The notes under the pieces: model-generated
Seen by the model: only the letters and a program-made list of their open reading frames with translations
Databases searched by the model: none
What the model was told of the DNA's origin: nothing
Origin: an uncultured archaeon
GTDB lineage: Archaea > Asgardarchaeota > Thorarchaeia > Thorarchaeales > Thorarchaeaceae
Length of the DNA: 11,044 bases
Reading direction: 5' to 3'
Assembly: GCA_964610875.1 (NCBI GenBank)
Contig: CAZSWP010000070.1
Location: forward strand, 1-11,044
Shown here: positions 9,107 through 11,044 of the stretch, one piece after another
How the letters are laid out: every line of letters starts with the position of its first letter
Position numbering within the stretch: position 1 is the stretch's first letter
Made by a program: the position numbers and the translations under genes

Positions 9107-10645
9107 ATGGATGACAGTATTATTGTAAGTGATATAGTACAGATACTAGAGGATTGCAAGTTGCCTCTCACTAAATTTCGAATAATGGATGAGCTACATA
9201 AAAGATCAATATCAAAGGGGTTCACTCCAGAAAAATGCAAGAGAATAATTGAAGATAGTATCCACAGAAGAGAAAGAAAATTTTACAGAACTAAGAAAAT
9301 TGGGAGAGGATTCAGATATGGTTTACATAAGTGGAAGTTCTCAACGATAGCAAAACAGGTCAGAAAAGCCATACCCGCATCCGAATTTGTCCAACGTAAA
9401 GAAATCATAGAACTCATGAGGGGAATACAAGAAACAATCGGTATACAACCAACTGATTTCTTGAAAATTCTTATTGTTGAGCGTACCATAAAAAAAGGTC
9501 GAGGAAGGACGTATATCCGTTTGAATGAGTATCCCCCAAGGAACCCCAGTGATGACTATTTGAAAAATGTAACATACATGTTATTACAACTATACCGAAA
9601 ACCACAAACTGCCTCATCAATCAAACTCCTGGCACAAAGATTTCAATTGGTTTCAATGTTAACGTCAAAGCGAATTACTCATGTGATTGAAGAAAGCATT
9701 GCAAACGAGGAATATCTTTTTTCGAAATTGCATACAGGACCTCAGGAATTTCATAAACGTTACACTGTCTATAGGGAAACAAGTCGAGATCTACGTGAGA
9801 AGATGTACGAAACAATAAGATGTGAACTAGAAAAAATGAGAATCTTTAATTTTGATGATATAGTGAGAGTCATTTCTGAAGTTGAAGGTAAGAATGGCGA
9901 GTCTGTCAAGGTTGGTAGAAAGAGAATAACCAGAATTCTCGATAGTTCATCATTTCATAAGATATCTCCAAAAATATATACATCAATCCCATGTGATTTG
10001 CACAATCAATCTAATTCAACAGAGCAACTTCTGATCCTTGCGAAAAACATGCAAGATTCCGAATTCCTAGGTTTTACAGCTGCAATGGTCTATCATTCAG
10101 GAGTGGATTTGAACCCATCAATCCCGCTCACACTCGCAGCGCAACGGACAAAACCGCGTGTATCACCACGAATTTTTCAACATCGAAGATTCATAAGAAC
10201 TGTGACTGATGACCTCAAACATTTTATCATTGATGGACACCTAGGGAATCATTCCATAAGAGTGTCAAGTAAAGAACGGACATTTGTGGATTGTATCGGG
10301 CAGATAGCGCTTTGCGGTGGATGGGGTGAAATTACAAAGCATCTCATGCGTTTTACTCATTTGGATGTTTCAATCATAATTGATTATTTGTGCGAGAAAC
10401 CTCAAGGGCATATAAGACGTGTTGGATTACTCCTCGAACTTGGACGTCATAATAGCATCGAGAATTGGTGTGTTAAAGAGGACCATCTTGAAACACTTGC
10501 AAGTTTTGTAAAAGGTTCATATTTGAGCTATCCCCAAAAATTATCAGCTAACGAGTCATACCAATTCACTCGATGGAAATATAGAATCAGTAATGAAATC
10601 TATAGCACTATAACATATCTTATGACTCATCTCAAGCAGAATTGA
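9107..10645 (+). CDS. Multi-winged-helix protein with C-terminal AbiEi-like (type IV TA antitoxin) domain
   Basis: 512-aa ORF with GAGGT SD at 9095-9099. The C-terminal FLGFTAAMVYH...IRVSSKERTFVDC...LCGGWGEI...LD...DY...RRVGLLLE matches the AbiEi CTD pattern. The N-terminal QILEDCKLPLT...KGFTPEK...F...YGLHKW resembles HARE-HTH. Confidence 0.72.
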   Translation: MDDSIIVSDIVQILEDCKLPLTKFRIMDELHKRSISKGFTPEKCKRIIEDSIHRRERKFYRTKKIGRGFRYGLHKWKFSTIAKQVRKAIPASEFVQRKEIIELMRGIQETIGIQPTDFLKILIVERTIKKGRGRTYIRLNEYPPRNPSDDYLKNVTYMLLQLYRKPQTASSIKLLAQRFQLVSMLTSKRITHVIEESIANEEYLFSKLHTGPQEFHKRYTVYRETSRDLREKMYETIRCELEKMRIFNFDDIVRVISEVEGKNGESVKVGRKRITRILDSSSFHKISPKIYTSIPCDLHNQSNSTEQLLILAKNMQDSEFLGFTAAMVYHSGVDLNPSIPLTLAAQRTKPRVSPRIFQHRRFIRTVTDDLKHFIIDGHLGNHSIRVSSKERTFVDCIGQIALCGGWGEITKHLMRFTHLDVSIIIDYLCEKPQGHIRRVGLLLELGRHNSIENWCVKEDHLETLASFVKGSYLSYPQKLSANESYQFTRWKYRISNEIYSTITYLMTHLKQN

Positions 10646-10878
10646 TGGATAATTGTTTGTTGAGCATCATTACAATGCTATTGAGTCCAACAATATCTGG
10701 ACTACTCTATTTGTAACATGTCATCTTTCAACCGTTCATTGTGAGCTGGACAGTTTGGGTCACTGGAGTCTTATTTGTCCTGATTTGGTTTTGATACATG
10801 AACTATGTACTGGTTCCATTCTGAAGTACATGAAATCCTGCAAAATATGTTCAGTTTTATCTTGAATTTTTGCATCTG

Positions 10879-11044
10879 CAGTGAGCACTACTGCGAGTCC
10901 AATTGAAACACCTAACACTGTAGAGGTTGTAAAACTAGACGAAGAACTTTCATTCCTACTTCTAGTCCGATTGAAACAGAAACCTTCACGCAGGGAAAGC
11001 AGTATCAGATCTTCTTTCAACCCTACTTCTAGTCCGATTGAAAC
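10879..11044 (-). CRISPR. CRISPR array 2 (trailer end; truncated by the right edge): 3 repeats, 2 spacers visible
   Basis: CTTTCAACCCTACTTCTAGTCCGATTGAAAC at 11014-11044; a 2-mismatch copy at 10947-10977; an 8-mismatch copy at 10879-10909. Spacers are 37 bp (10910-10946) and 36 bp (10978-11013). Confidence 0.93.

Noticed and set aside
1745-9489. Numerous 60-96 aa antisense or alternate-frame ORFs within cas genes and the 512-aa gene
   Set aside because: Shadow ORFs of well-supported genes, with no motifs or start signals.
10725-10733. CTTTCAACC, matching the first 9 nt of the repeat
   Set aside because: The remainder does not align, and it is out of phase (154 bp) with the 67-68 bp array period.
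10653-10865. 70-aa ORF after the AbiEi-like gene as a possible toxin
   Set aside because: TTG start, far too short for AbiEii, and no nucleotidyltransferase GG-T/S...D-D motif. A small toxin or RNA cannot be fully excluded, but there is no support for one.
10760-11020. 86-aa minus-strand ORF
   Set aside because: It begins inside and runs through CRISPR array 2.
1-11044. Assignment to a specific archaeal lineage; mobile element or CAST association
   Set aside because: No marker genes, transposase, Tn7 genes or terminal repeats are visible, and Cas3 is intact.

Overview
A complete type I-B (Tneap/Cst1-like) CRISPR-Cas locus, probably archaeal (TATA-box promoter, GGTGA/GGAGG ribosome-binding sites, Thermococcales-like repeat). 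On the + strand, cas6-cas8b(cst1)-cas7-cas5-cas3-cas4-cas1-cas2 lies between two CRISPR arrays. The arrays use closely related 31-bp repeats, are probably both transcribed on the - strand, and both run off the window edges. The most unusual element is a 512-aa gene between cas2 and the second array. It appears to fuse a tandemly duplicated (HARE-HTH-like + winged-helix) module to an AbiEi-type antitoxin C-terminal domain, with no AbiEii toxin beside it, making it a candidate CRISPR-associated regulator or accessory protein. The cas8 gene also carries a likely hidden in-frame cas11. All family assignments are by motif recognition; no database searches were run.
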